Shown: positions 54,140-64,000 of the stretch, piece by piece
How positions within the stretch are numbered: position 1 is the stretch's first letter
Layout: the number at the start of each line of letters is the position of its first letter
Assembly: GCA_002811645.1 (NCBI GenBank)
Contig: PDIP01000056.1
Location: 67,532 to 131,531, forward strand
Direction of reading: 5' to 3'
DNA from: Corallochytrium limacisporum Hawaii
Taxonomy: Eukaryota > Protista > Pluriformea
DNA length: 64,000 nucleotides
Notes under the pieces: model-generated
What the model saw: the letters and a program-made list of their open reading frames with translations, nothing else
Databases searched by the model: none
What the model was told of the DNA's origin: nothing
Translations under genes and position numbers: made by a program

Positions 54140-54787
54140 ATGTCGTTTACGGAAGAATCATCTGTGCGCCATATTTGGACGGCGACTATTTTCATGTGCC
54201 TGGCTGCTGTTGCTTTCAGTGTGGCGATGGGCACTTCTGAATGGACATACCAAGTTTACAACGGGAGTTTCCTGAACTACGGAATTATGGAACATCGGTA
54301 CTTCGGACTCTTCGATCTGTGCATCGACTTTGCCACAGAAGATATATCTATCCTCAAATGCGCACGGGCTATGGAGCCCTCTGGCTGCACCTACAAGTTC
54401 GAGGATGTCGTCATTGCCGGCATTCCAATTTCCCAAACTGTGACTCCCAAGAGTTGTGGAATGCTGCGACTGGTTCGTGGTTTCGTTTTGGGTGGTTTAT
54501 TGATGGGTGGTTTCTCCGCAGCAACAACCATTGCCCTGGCTTTTGCGCGCAACACCTGGGGCACTGCAGTGTACTACTTCAGCGTCGTGTCCACTGCATT
54601 GACTGCCACATGTGGTGTCCTGGCCATGCTCTTCTATGTCTGGTTCAGCAGTGACAATGGTTGGGGTGACGACTACGGATACAGCTTCGCTTTGTGTTGC
54701 CTTGGATGGATTCAGGCCAGTCTTTCGACCATCAGCCTCATGCTTGCAGGAAAGCCTCAACGGTCAGAGTACATCGTCCTTGCCTAG
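54140..54787 (+). CDS. Claudin/PMP22-superfamily tetraspan protein
   Basis: Four hydrophobic helices, W...GLF..C...C signature in the first loop, YGYSF.L...GW before TM4. Confidence 0.8.
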   Translation: MSFTEESSVRHIWTATIFMCLAAVAFSVAMGTSEWTYQVYNGSFLNYGIMEHRYFGLFDLCIDFATEDISILKCARAMEPSGCTYKFEDVVIAGIPISQTVTPKSCGMLRLVRGFVLGGLLMGGFSAATTIALAFARNTWGTAVYYFSVVSTALTATCGVLAMLFYVWFSSDNGWGDDYGYSFALCCLGWIQASLSTISLMLAGKPQRSEYIVLA

Positions 54788-55533
54788 AGATCGCAAGTAT
54801 GTTAACAAGATAAATGAAACATGATCGATAGTCTTAGATATCCAACATCTTTGACGCCCAATAGAAACTAGTCTACATAAAAATTACAAGCTAACCATAT
54901 GAGTCTTTGAAGGACATTCCCGTGTCACAAATCGCCTGCGGAGAATGCTCCAATGTGAGACCAGCTGGCGGGCGTAAAATAGAAATGTCAGTATGTCAAT
55001 TATATACATAAAACGATAAATTTTGTATATTTATAAGTATCAGTATATCATATATCCCACCTATTCCAAACCCCGCTTTCGTCTGGCGCTATGGCAAGTG
55101 CCCGGGAGACCCGCACTCTTACGCCCTTTCCTGTTTCCGATCCACTCTCTTCCCCCTTCTCCCTTCTCTCCCCACCTCGGCGACCCGTACAGTTCGAAAG
55201 TGTGCCCGCGAGCGGGTGGGTACCAGTTTCAGAGAAAGCTGAAATTCCCCAACCATTGCGCACACGTGAGGAAGTGCAAGGGCTTCAGGTGCAGCGTGCA
55301 GGCGGGCGAGTGGCGATTGTCGCACTCAGCATTTTGATTCCATTCTGTCTATTGTCTGATACAGCTATTCAGGACTAATTCAGGAGACACTTGTAGGATA
55401 TTTCATACTCTAAACGGTCAGAAACAAAGAAATACACTTTAAACAAGGCCAATTAGACTGAATCATGCGGCTAGTCAACTAGATCGACGGGGCATGGTTT
55501 CTAGTCAAACTCGCGAGGTTATACACAACAGAC

Positions 55534-58500
55534 ATGGTCGCCAGGGCACCAGACTCTTTGCAGGTCAAGGAGCTCAATGACCGACCGGGAGAGAAGCGTT
55601 TCCGGTTCAAATCGTTCTCTGAGCGTGTCGCCAGCATTCATGTAACTGCAGCACAAATTGAACGGCCTCGGGATAACCTTGGAGATGACGATACCTACTT
55701 TCTGGAAAACTTGGAGAAATGGCGGGACTTGAACCTCACCCGCAATTTTGCGGAATTTGGAAACAAGGTCATGCCTTTGGTACAGTCACTTCCACAGCTT
55801 CTTTACCACAAGGACAAGGTGGCCACTCTTTTGAGTGAGCACCTCCGCCTGGACCCTGGATTGGCTGTGAAAGAATTGGGCGACCTCTGCGTACAATTTG
55901 TTCGGGATTTGCGGGACGAAGCCTACGAGAATTTCGCGGACCTGCTGGAAGGGTTAATGACAGCTTTGAATCCGAAGGATCCGGAGGCTATGAACAATGT
56001 GTTCCATAGTATAGCTTATATTTTCAAGTACCTCATTCACCAGCTCGTGGAGCATTTTGACGAAGTCCTGGAACAATTCCAGGGTATGCTACATCATGAC
56101 AGTCCCTACGTTCGTCGGTTTGGGGCGGAATCGTTTGCCGTGCTTCTCAGGAGGTCAACCACGAAGCAATGGATCAGGACGCTGGACGTATTGATTCAGT
56201 TTGCAGATGGAAAGACGGAGGGGGAACGCGAAGAATGGCATGAGGTCAGTGCCTCAATCGTTTTTGAGGTCATGAAGGGCGTCAAGGGCGGATTCCATTC
56301 CAAGGCTCAGGCTAGATTCCAGGGATTTTGTGGGGCAGAGCAGAGAAATAACTATGCTGCGGTGCGCAAACTGCTGCTGATCAAGCTGCTAGACTATACG
56401 GAGAGCACAAAGGAGTGCCCGGACCTGCTATCTGAGTTCTTCAAAGCCGAGGATTCATCATTGACCGCTGATGACTGCCTTGTCTACTGGGAAAAAGCCT
56501 CACGCTCCTGGGCTGCTGTGGATCACGCAGTCGCCGCCGTGACAAAGAACCTTCTGCAAAAGAACGCCAGCACCAATCAGGATCTTGCTGTCGCCTTGCT
56601 GTCGCGTGCTGGCAGCCATTTGAGTAGTTTGAAGGCCGAGGGCTTATCTGTACTACTGCCGTCCCTCAACGCGCAAGGGTGCGCATCCCTGTTGGATGTT
56701 GCCATTACCAGTATTGGTGACCAGAGTGACGTGATGACTGACTATTTTACTCAATGCATGACACACTACGCATCATCTGAAGAAAAAAAGGTTCAGGTAA
56801 GCATGGCCATGTGCCTATCACGGATTTCTAGCACATTGGATACCAGTGCGATCCCGATGAATCTAAAGGAGACTCTGATTCAATATCTTCGCACGGGAGA
56901 TGGGGAAGAATTCAATTGGCACCGGCTCATGATGCTATATGCCACCATGAAGACGTGTGGTCGGGATGACAAGAGAGTCCAGAAAATAGTGTCTCGCCAA
57001 CTCAAGGCTGTGGACTTCAGTGACGTTGACAAGCGCCTGGCCAATGGGGATACGCCAGATCTGGACTATATCGCCCTTCTCATCGAAGTTAGCACGGACA
57101 GTAAGCTTGTGGAAAGCACACTGACGAAGGTCTTTGTGCACTTGATCGCGACACAGTATGCCCACGCAGGCATTGCGTACGCAGTGGCCAAACACCACAG
57201 TAAGAACACTCCTGCTGATGTGACATTAAGCTTGGGAGTGGCCAAGGTCATGCTCCTTTCTCCTCTGTGGCATGCCAAAATGGCCGGCATTGGCCTATTG
57301 CGGATCCTGCCCAAGGACACTCTCATTGCCCGCTATGCGGAAAGTTCGGCAGTGCACGAAATGCTAGAAGAAATGACAGGCGTTCTTGAACTGCCCATTG
57401 ATCTGACGACCTACCGGGAGCGTTTGATTCACCTGGAACGCCTCGAAAAGCTGTGCATCAGCAGTGCCAGCAATCATGCAGCCAAGCAAGCCATCATGGC
57501 TTTCATGACTGGCCTACTATTTAACAACTTTGCTTTCGTGAGCAAGGCAGCCGTCAAGCACCTCGGATTGATCGCCAAGGGAGACTCAGAGATCTTTTGG
57601 GAGACAATTGCACCTTTCTTAGAGACTGTGGCTGACTTGTCGCTGCAGAAACCGAAGGCTGAGGTCTCGTCCATCGACGAGTCCTACGAAGACGATGATG
57701 AGATGAGTGATCACGCTCTTGTGACACCGACTAAGGGGACTGAGAGTGGAGAAGACACAACTATAGGAGACCTAGGCCGAAGCCTAATCCTGCCTCAGAA
57801 CCACAAGGAGGATCTAGACAATTCCTCCTATGGCGAACGACGCGTGGACTACGTGTTAGCATTCTGCAACTGCTGGTCAGTGTTCGCCGAATGCCCCGAA
57901 TCAAGCGAGAAACACAGTCGCCTAATCGTTCCGTCGTTCATGTTGTTCATTGAGAAGGAATACCAAGCCCTCTTCCGCGACCTCACAGACCATGAAGATC
58001 TGACAGATAGCTTTAACTACAAGAGCTCTGGCATGAGTCGCGAAATTGCCAATCGCAAGCTGCGCACAATCTTGAAGACATTGACATCGTTCCACAACGC
58101 TGCAGTGCTGTACTGTCATGATGAGATTAAGGCTTTTGTTATCGAACTGCTGACCCGTGGTATCCCTGACATCCAGCTGCTGGCTTTAGACGTGCTTATC
58201 AAATCCTTCAGACGCAAGGCCCTGCGCCCGCACCATGACCTCTTCAAGTCCTTGTTGGGCAAGGACTTCAAGGATGTGCTGCTGGTCAACGATCTTCGCT
58301 CCGATTCTGGCCTGATTCGCAAGGATCATCGCGAAGAATTTATGGATGTCTACATGCGCTTGATCCTGAGCATCCTCAGCGCACGTAAAGGCAAGACCCG
58401 TGGGGGGCATGGCATGCAGAAGCGCCGTGCTATGGTTATCTCCCGCTTGGCGAACCTCGAGGAGGCTGATCTGAAAATCCTAATTGATCTTATGTGCCAG

Positions 58501-61500
58501 CCAATTGAAACACAATTGTGTGAAACTTTGGAGGACCTGAACCCTTGTCATGTCCCTCCGAACCGTCGTCAGATTGGTTTTCTAAACCTAGTGCGTGATT
58601 TGGTGAAGCGGATTCCTGCCAATCTAAATTTTGTGGCGGAACGTCTGATCAAACTGGTCCTGCATTTGGCTTCGATGGCGCACGTTCTGACTAAGGACGC
58701 GTACCCGAATCTGACAAACCTGGCCATCTCGGAACTGAGGCGTGTGAGGAACGCTGCTTTTGACGCTGTTCAGGGCATTAGTCAGCACATGATCTCATCT
58801 CTTCTGGAGCAGCAGGCCGCGTTTGAATCCTTCCTTGACGTCTGTGTCTTCCCCGGACTGCCGCAGCTGCAATACAATGTTGCACAGGATCCGTCTGCAC
58901 TGATGCGGTTCTTGCTCACAACATTTTCCGATAGTGACATGCTCAAAGCCATGATGACACGCAATGACACAGTTCTGCTGTCAGTGACCGGCTGCCTGTC
59001 GGCTCCAGACATCAGCAGCACGATTGCCACTCGTATCATGCAAGGACTGGAACAATTGATTGATCAAGCTCGCGCGGAAGAGAGCAATGATAACTACGCG
59101 AAGAAAGTTCTGAAGGATCATACGGCGAATCTCATCAGTAGCCTCGAGGCCTACATGCAAACCAAGAAACTCTCTGGTGGTCGAGATTTGCGGAATGCAC
59201 GCGACGAGCTGCGCTTGCTGTCCAAGCTCGGAGAAGTTGTTCCCGACCTTAAGCACAATACCACCGTCCTGGAACTTTTGATGCCTTTTCTGAAACTTGA
59301 CGACCGTGTTGTGACCCCGCAAGAGAAGTCGAAGGTTCTACAGATTGTCCGAAATGGTATAGAAGCACTGCCGAAGGAGACCACCACCTTCCATTACCCG
59401 TACCTTTGCCAGCACTTTGCCACGTTCCGCCAGCCCGACCTACGCGTGCTGATGGCTCAGACCCTACAAAGATGGGGCGAAAGTGGCCTAGAAAGTTTGC
59501 CCCTTGTGGCTCCGATCCTCGTGGATCTGAATGCCATGGACCGCCGCAGAGTAAATGAGCCAGATTTTGAGAAACGCCTGGCCGCATTCTCCAAGATCGG
59601 CAAGGTCGGGAAGGCCTTTACCCAAGACCAGTGGCTGCCCATTGTACACCACTGTCTGTATGTTCTGCAACACGAAGAGGACCTCGCTCTGCGTAGTCAC
59701 GGACTCTCTGCACTGCAGCAGATGATCCAACACGCGTTCGCTGGGGCGGAGGAGCTGAACGACAATGATTTGATCCTGCGTGTGGTCTGGCCTTCCATGA
59801 AACGCTACTTTAGCTCCATGCGTAAAATCACGCACTATTTTGAGGACTATGTGCGTCTCTTGCAGACCCTAGTCAAGGAGTTTGGCTCCAAGAACACAAC
59901 ATTCAAGGCGTTTGCTGTGCTCCATTCGGAGGACGACGAGACGGCCATCTTGGACAATATCACGCACATTCAGGTTCACCGCCGTATTCGTACAGTTGGA
60001 CGCATCGGAGAGCTGGCTAGGAACGGTGATCTGCACTCCAACGTAAGCCAGCAATTTGTTCTACCGTATCTGCTGACGAACGTGCTGCAAGACACTCAGC
60101 ATAAGGACCACAATTTGCTCACCCGATGCCTCGAGTCGGTCGAGCTGATTTGCCCAACCCTGCCCTCCAATGTGTACATGCGCTACGTACGGCAGTACGT
60201 CGAATTGGCAGAGTCCGGGAAGGGTGACCATAAGAATTGCATCCGCGTTGTGGTGAGTCTTCTGCAAGGTTACAGTGGTGCCTTGGAATCTGAGTCGACC
60301 GTACATGCGTTTGACACGAATGTAATTCCCCGCGTGTCCAAATTCTTGGTCTTTCGTGGCAAGAAAGACACCTCTGAAGTCAGGCCCCAGGTGGCAGCTA
60401 GTGTCACGCATTTGCTCATCACCCTGCCTGTTGGCATCCTACAGAAGTACCTTAACGGTGTGCTGAATAAGGTCTGCCACATTCTGCGCAGTCCCATGCA
60501 GAGCGTCCGCGACGAGACACGTCAGACACTGGTGACGATGATGCTGATGCTGGGTCCACAGTATATGCCGAGCCTGATAGATACCCTCGAATCGTCGCTG
60601 AACAAGGGCCACTGGCTGCACATTCGCGGCTTCACGCTCCATGCGGTCCTGAGCGGTATGCAGGAGATCAGTGAGCCAGGTGATTACGACGACTGCATCG
60701 AGAAGATCATCGAGCTAATCTTCTTTGACATTTTCGGCATTGTTTCTGAAGAAAAGGCCGTCGCGCAGATTGGCAACAAGTCCAAAGAGGCTAAGAAGAG
60801 CAGAGGATACGATGCGATGCAACTGACCATGCAGCGAGCGAGCAAAGAAAGCCTTGGCAAAGCAATTACGCCTGTACGAAACCTGCTGTCTGAGGTTGGC
60901 CGGACCGGAGAGGTACGCAAGGTCAAGGAGGTACTGCGTGTAATGACGCTAGGTTTGCAGAAGAACCCCGCCTTGAATGAGTTTGATTTGCTCGTGCTGA
61001 GCTACCAACTGATGCAGCTGCACTCCATGACCATCATCGATCTGAAGCAGCGTACTTCTGCAGAGAAAGAGACGGCGCCGGACTCTGTGGAGAACCGGCA
61101 TATTGTCGCAGAGCAACCGAAGAAACTGATGGAGAGAAGCCAGCGCGATGACCACCTGCGTATGAACGCGCACCTTTTGGTGGACTTCGCGCTCGCTCTG
61201 CTGCTAAGTCAGCTGCGTGCGGAGAATCAATTGGTGCCATCCAACGAAGAAGCTATCAGTCGTTTGGACCCCTTTGCGGAAACGTGCTATCAACTCCTGC
61301 GTAGCCGACACGATGCGCTGGTGGTACTGAGTTTGAAGAACATTCGGCAGCTGCTGCGCTTCCCCTTGCCTTCCCTGCATCGCCTGCGGCCATTGATTAT
61401 TGATAGTTGCATTGCACTGGTCCGCAAGATGGGCCCCGCGAACGCTGCTAGCGATCTCGTGCAAGGCGCGGTGGCCGTACTGACTAGCACATTCAAGGAC

Positions 61501-63354
61501 ACACGTTACGAGGAGGCTAAACTGAGTGATCAGCAGATCAAGCTGCTGCTTGAGTACTGTCTCGTCGGCATCACAGACATTTCCGACCAAAGCAACTACA
61601 ATGCGTCCTTCGCACTGTTCAAGGGCTTGATTGCTCAGCGTGTGATGCTGCCGGAAATCTACGATGCCATTGACAAGGTTTCCAATCTGATGATCCAGTC
61701 TTCCATTCCTCGTATCCGTCAACAGGCCGTCGAGTCATTCATTGCGTTTCTGGTCAACTACCCGCTCGCTGACAAGCGCATGGAGCGCCATGTACATTTT
61801 TTGATCAAGAACCTGGAGTACGAGGAAGCTACAGGTCGGGAAGCTGTGTTGGAGGCTCTCAATTCTGTGGTGATCCGCTTTCCCACGGAGATCCTGGAGC
61901 AATTCTTTGACATTCTGCTCTTGCCCTTACTCCTGCGCATTCTCACCGACACGCACGCACGCGTTCGTGAGATGTCGGCGGCATTGATGGGCAAATTGCT
62001 GCTGACTGTGCCCTCCAAGTACGACAGTACCGTTGCTATGATTAGCAAGTGGCTGTCCGCGGGTCAGCTCACCCTGCGTATTGCCGCTGCCAAACTCATG
62101 GCCACGCTGCTCCAGCATAACGTCGGCAGTGCGCAAAAGTCGGCTATCGAATTGTTGCCTGAGTTTATGACAGCTGCGGAGGAGCTCCTGAAGGCATCTG
62201 GAGCCGTCACACAAAGCGGGGGTTTCGAGAACCCAAGCAACACAGGCATCAATCCCGACAGCGACTCTGCCGCCGATGCGTCCGCTCCTTGGTATTATCT
62301 CTACTGCCTCGTCGGCAACATTCTGCAGACACTGGCTCCGGTGCAGCCGCTCAACCACCGCGCGTGGACCGTGGTAGGGCAGAGCTTCAGCTTCCCGCAC
62401 CAATGGGTCATGCTGGCATCGCTGCGGGTGCTGAACCAGAGTGTGACTTCCATCCTGCAGGAGTCCACCTTACCGAAGCCTCCGGTTGGCATCAAGGAAC
62501 GCATCCGCTCCCCACCGTGCTGTGCATACTTCAACGGTGATCTTTTCCGTCTCGCGTCAGTTCACATGACCATGCTAACGCGCACCACCTTCACAGACAG
62601 TCAACTGGAGGAGGTTGTTGCCGGCCTTTTTGACATTGGTTCTCTGTGCATCATCAAGGAAAGCATGGAAGGGGGTACAGCAACAACAGCCAACGGTTCT
62701 GCCAACCGCACTGAGGCCAACAACGACGAGCAGGAAGACGCCAAGTCATCGGCCCAGAAGGATCCTGCGCGCTGGTTCTTCAAAAAGCTCACGGGGTTGG
62801 GCCGTTTGGAGATGGCCAAGAAGCCAAAACTCTTTTTCACGCGGGTCACCGCACTGTCCTGTGCGCTGCGTTACTTCCGTCTGCTCGACGACGTCAAGGC
62901 CATGAACGCAGCCAATCAACACACGGCGCCATTGAAGAAGAAGCGGAGGCGAGGCGATGGTCCCGTGGCGACGGAGGAAGAGCCATCGAAGCCACCACAT
63001 GCACCGCTACTCGTTAATATTCAGCCCTCAAATGCCGCGCTGCTCGTCATCCTCGAACTCGCCGTCCGCATCCGCAACAGTCCGCCCCTCCACGGCGACG
63101 AGGGTGTCCGGCAGCTAGTAGAGGAGGTGCTGGCCGAAGCCAAGCGGGTCTACGGCACCGACGAGTTTGCCACTGCGTACATGCACGCCAACCGAGGGGC
63201 AAATGAGCTCAAGGAACAGCGCAAGTCCCAGCACGCCCTTGATGCGGTCGTCCGGCCCGAAATCGCGGCCAAACGTCGTCAAAGCAAGCAGCAACAGAAG
63301 AAGGAGGCCAAGAAACGCCGCATTCAAGAGCACAAGAAACTTCGGGGACGTTAA
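55534..63354 (+). CDS. UTP20: Small-subunit processome component UTP20 (DRIM)
   Basis: 2606 aa HEAT-like; RFRFKSFSERV, LEKWRDLN, SLPQLL, EPDFEKRL.AF, NITHIQ.HRR, L.YE...GREA and a basic C-terminal tail. Confidence 0.96.
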   Translation: MVARAPDSLQVKELNDRPGEKRFRFKSFSERVASIHVTAAQIERPRDNLGDDDTYFLENLEKWRDLNLTRNFAEFGNKVMPLVQSLPQLLYHKDKVATLLSEHLRLDPGLAVKELGDLCVQFVRDLRDEAYENFADLLEGLMTALNPKDPEAMNNVFHSIAYIFKYLIHQLVEHFDEVLEQFQGMLHHDSPYVRRFGAESFAVLLRRSTTKQWIRTLDVLIQFADGKTEGEREEWHEVSASIVFEVMKGVKGGFHSKAQARFQGFCGAEQRNNYAAVRKLLLIKLLDYTESTKECPDLLSEFFKAEDSSLTADDCLVYWEKASRSWAAVDHAVAAVTKNLLQKNASTNQDLAVALLSRAGSHLSSLKAEGLSVLLPSLNAQGCASLLDVAITSIGDQSDVMTDYFTQCMTHYASSEEKKVQVSMAMCLSRISSTLDTSAIPMNLKETLIQYLRTGDGEEFNWHRLMMLYATMKTCGRDDKRVQKIVSRQLKAVDFSDVDKRLANGDTPDLDYIALLIEVSTDSKLVESTLTKVFVHLIATQYAHAGIAYAVAKHHSKNTPADVTLSLGVAKVMLLSPLWHAKMAGIGLLRILPKDTLIARYAESSAVHEMLEEMTGVLELPIDLTTYRERLIHLERLEKLCISSASNHAAKQAIMAFMTGLLFNNFAFVSKAAVKHLGLIAKGDSEIFWETIAPFLETVADLSLQKPKAEVSSIDESYEDDDEMSDHALVTPTKGTESGEDTTIGDLGRSLILPQNHKEDLDNSSYGERRVDYVLAFCNCWSVFAECPESSEKHSRLIVPSFMLFIEKEYQALFRDLTDHEDLTDSFNYKSSGMSREIANRKLRTILKTLTSFHNAAVLYCHDEIKAFVIELLTRGIPDIQLLALDVLIKSFRRKALRPHHDLFKSLLGKDFKDVLLVNDLRSDSGLIRKDHREEFMDVYMRLILSILSARKGKTRGGHGMQKRRAMVISRLANLEEADLKILIDLMCQPIETQLCETLEDLNPCHVPPNRRQIGFLNLVRDLVKRIPANLNFVAERLIKLVLHLASMAHVLTKDAYPNLTNLAISELRRVRNAAFDAVQGISQHMISSLLEQQAAFESFLDVCVFPGLPQLQYNVAQDPSALMRFLLTTFSDSDMLKAMMTRNDTVLLSVTGCLSAPDISSTIATRIMQGLEQLIDQARAEESNDNYAKKVLKDHTANLISSLEAYMQTKKLSGGRDLRNARDELRLLSKLGEVVPDLKHNTTVLELLMPFLKLDDRVVTPQEKSKVLQIVRNGIEALPKETTTFHYPYLCQHFATFRQPDLRVLMAQTLQRWGESGLESLPLVAPILVDLNAMDRRRVNEPDFEKRLAAFSKIGKVGKAFTQDQWLPIVHHCLYVLQHEEDLALRSHGLSALQQMIQHAFAGAEELNDNDLILRVVWPSMKRYFSSMRKITHYFEDYVRLLQTLVKEFGSKNTTFKAFAVLHSEDDETAILDNITHIQVHRRIRTVGRIGELARNGDLHSNVSQQFVLPYLLTNVLQDTQHKDHNLLTRCLESVELICPTLPSNVYMRYVRQYVELAESGKGDHKNCIRVVVSLLQGYSGALESESTVHAFDTNVIPRVSKFLVFRGKKDTSEVRPQVAASVTHLLITLPVGILQKYLNGVLNKVCHILRSPMQSVRDETRQTLVTMMLMLGPQYMPSLIDTLESSLNKGHWLHIRGFTLHAVLSGMQEISEPGDYDDCIEKIIELIFFDIFGIVSEEKAVAQIGNKSKEAKKSRGYDAMQLTMQRASKESLGKAITPVRNLLSEVGRTGEVRKVKEVLRVMTLGLQKNPALNEFDLLVLSYQLMQLHSMTIIDLKQRTSAEKETAPDSVENRHIVAEQPKKLMERSQRDDHLRMNAHLLVDFALALLLSQLRAENQLVPSNEEAISRLDPFAETCYQLLRSRHDALVVLSLKNIRQLLRFPLPSLHRLRPLIIDSCIALVRKMGPANAASDLVQGAVAVLTSTFKDTRYEEAKLSDQQIKLLLEYCLVGITDISDQSNYNASFALFKGLIAQRVMLPEIYDAIDKVSNLMIQSSIPRIRQQAVESFIAFLVNYPLADKRMERHVHFLIKNLEYEEATGREAVLEALNSVVIRFPTEILEQFFDILLLPLLLRILTDTHARVREMSAALMGKLLLTVPSKYDSTVAMISKWLSAGQLTLRIAAAKLMATLLQHNVGSAQKSAIELLPEFMTAAEELLKASGAVTQSGGFENPSNTGINPDSDSAADASAPWYYLYCLVGNILQTLAPVQPLNHRAWTVVGQSFSFPHQWVMLASLRVLNQSVTSILQESTLPKPPVGIKERIRSPPCCAYFNGDLFRLASVHMTMLTRTTFTDSQLEEVVAGLFDIGSLCIIKESMEGGTATTANGSANRTEANNDEQEDAKSSAQKDPARWFFKKLTGLGRLEMAKKPKLFFTRVTALSCALRYFRLLDDVKAMNAANQHTAPLKKKRRRGDGPVATEEEPSKPPHAPLLVNIQPSNAALLVILELAVRIRNSPPLHGDEGVRQLVEEVLAEAKRVYGTDEFATAYMHANRGANELKEQRKSQHALDAVVRPEIAAKRRQSKQQQKKEAKKRRIQEHKKLRGR

Positions 63355-63952
63355 GATTTCCAAACAGATTCTTGGCAAACAAGCATGCAGCAGCAATCCG
63401 TAGAACTATCGAAAGATATAGTGTTATAGTATTGTTACATAGTAAACCAATGCCAGTTGCACCATGTCCCACTCTGTCAGGATGGCCAGCAAAGGTGGTC
63501 AGGCAGCCATAGCACCAAAAGCGCGCCAATGTCACAAACACCCCGCACCCATACTGTGGAGCGTCAAGGGGGCCTTCTGGTCTCTCTGGGCCCGCGGGGC
63601 TGCGTGCCCTTCGGGGCACCCCCCGGGGGGGGTTCTTTCTCTTTACCACACAGCCTAAACCGCCATCCCTCCTGTGCGGGTACTGGCCTTATATGTTCAA
63701 AGTACCAAAAGCAGGCGGCCAAGGGAGGACCGAGCACTCCCCCTCCTTTTTTTTCCCGCCAGCTGATCCTCTTTGAATTCTTATGGAGTCGGAATGAAGC
63801 AAACTTAGGACGGCAATTCGTGCCTTCTCTCGTATTCTAGGACCGGGCCGGTTTGGTCCACCCGGGCGTTTTCTATATACGTTCTTTTGATATTTTATGT
63901 CCATATATATATATATTGTGCCTCCGCACTAGGTTCGTTTTCTTTGTCCTTC

Positions 63953-64000
63953 CTCACTCACTCACTCACTCACTCACTCACTCACTCACTCACTCACTCA
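63953..64000. repeat. (CTCA)n microsatellite, running off the window end
   Basis: 12 perfect CTCA units visible. Confidence 0.98.

Noticed and set aside
10470-63354. Functional cluster of ribosome/tRNA biogenesis genes (THADA, RPL23, PDCD2, POP7, UTP20)
   Set aside because: Interspersed with unrelated genes on both strands; plausible by chance in a compact housekeeping region.
63953-64000. (CTCA)n at the window end as a telomere
   Set aside because: A 4-nt unit with no G-run; fits an ordinary microsatellite cut by the window boundary.
1-64000. Genome-wide stop-codon reassignment, CRISPR arrays or intact transposons
   Set aside because: TAA, TAG and TGA all end conserved genes normally; no repeat-spacer array, transposase, RT or terminal repeats were seen.

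Overview
Eukaryotic nuclear DNA with compact, intronless coding sequences. Bases ~1-10,200 hold no credible long ORF, only decayed coding-like fragments and an assembly gap. The remaining ~54 kb holds about 19 intact genes: THADA/Trm732, a MOB kinase activator, RPL23, a LIM protein, an unknown low-complexity protein, an S28 peptidase, PDCD2, a degenerate alpha/beta hydrolase, delta-tubulin, AP2S1, KDM4, SERINC, MCM7, POP7, a BAR-like protein, PHF10, thioredoxin reductase, a claudin-like protein and UTP20. The animal-type gene content combined with intronless CDSs suggests a streamlined unicellular holozoan such as Corallochytrium (inference only). Features the ORF track misses: (1) the thioredoxin reductase is a selenoprotein ending GC-U-G, with a type II SECIS and a second hairpin 6 nt after the UGA; (2) a 59-aa Duo1/DASH-like ORF; (3) a disrupted CCDC24-like gene whose three frameshifts are each spanned by a 17-nt GTA...AG segment that restores the frame if removed, so it is either a pseudogene or a micro-intron gene; (4) intron-like signals confined to 5' leaders; (5) candidate structured ncRNAs. 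Family calls rest on motif recognition from memory; no database searches were run.
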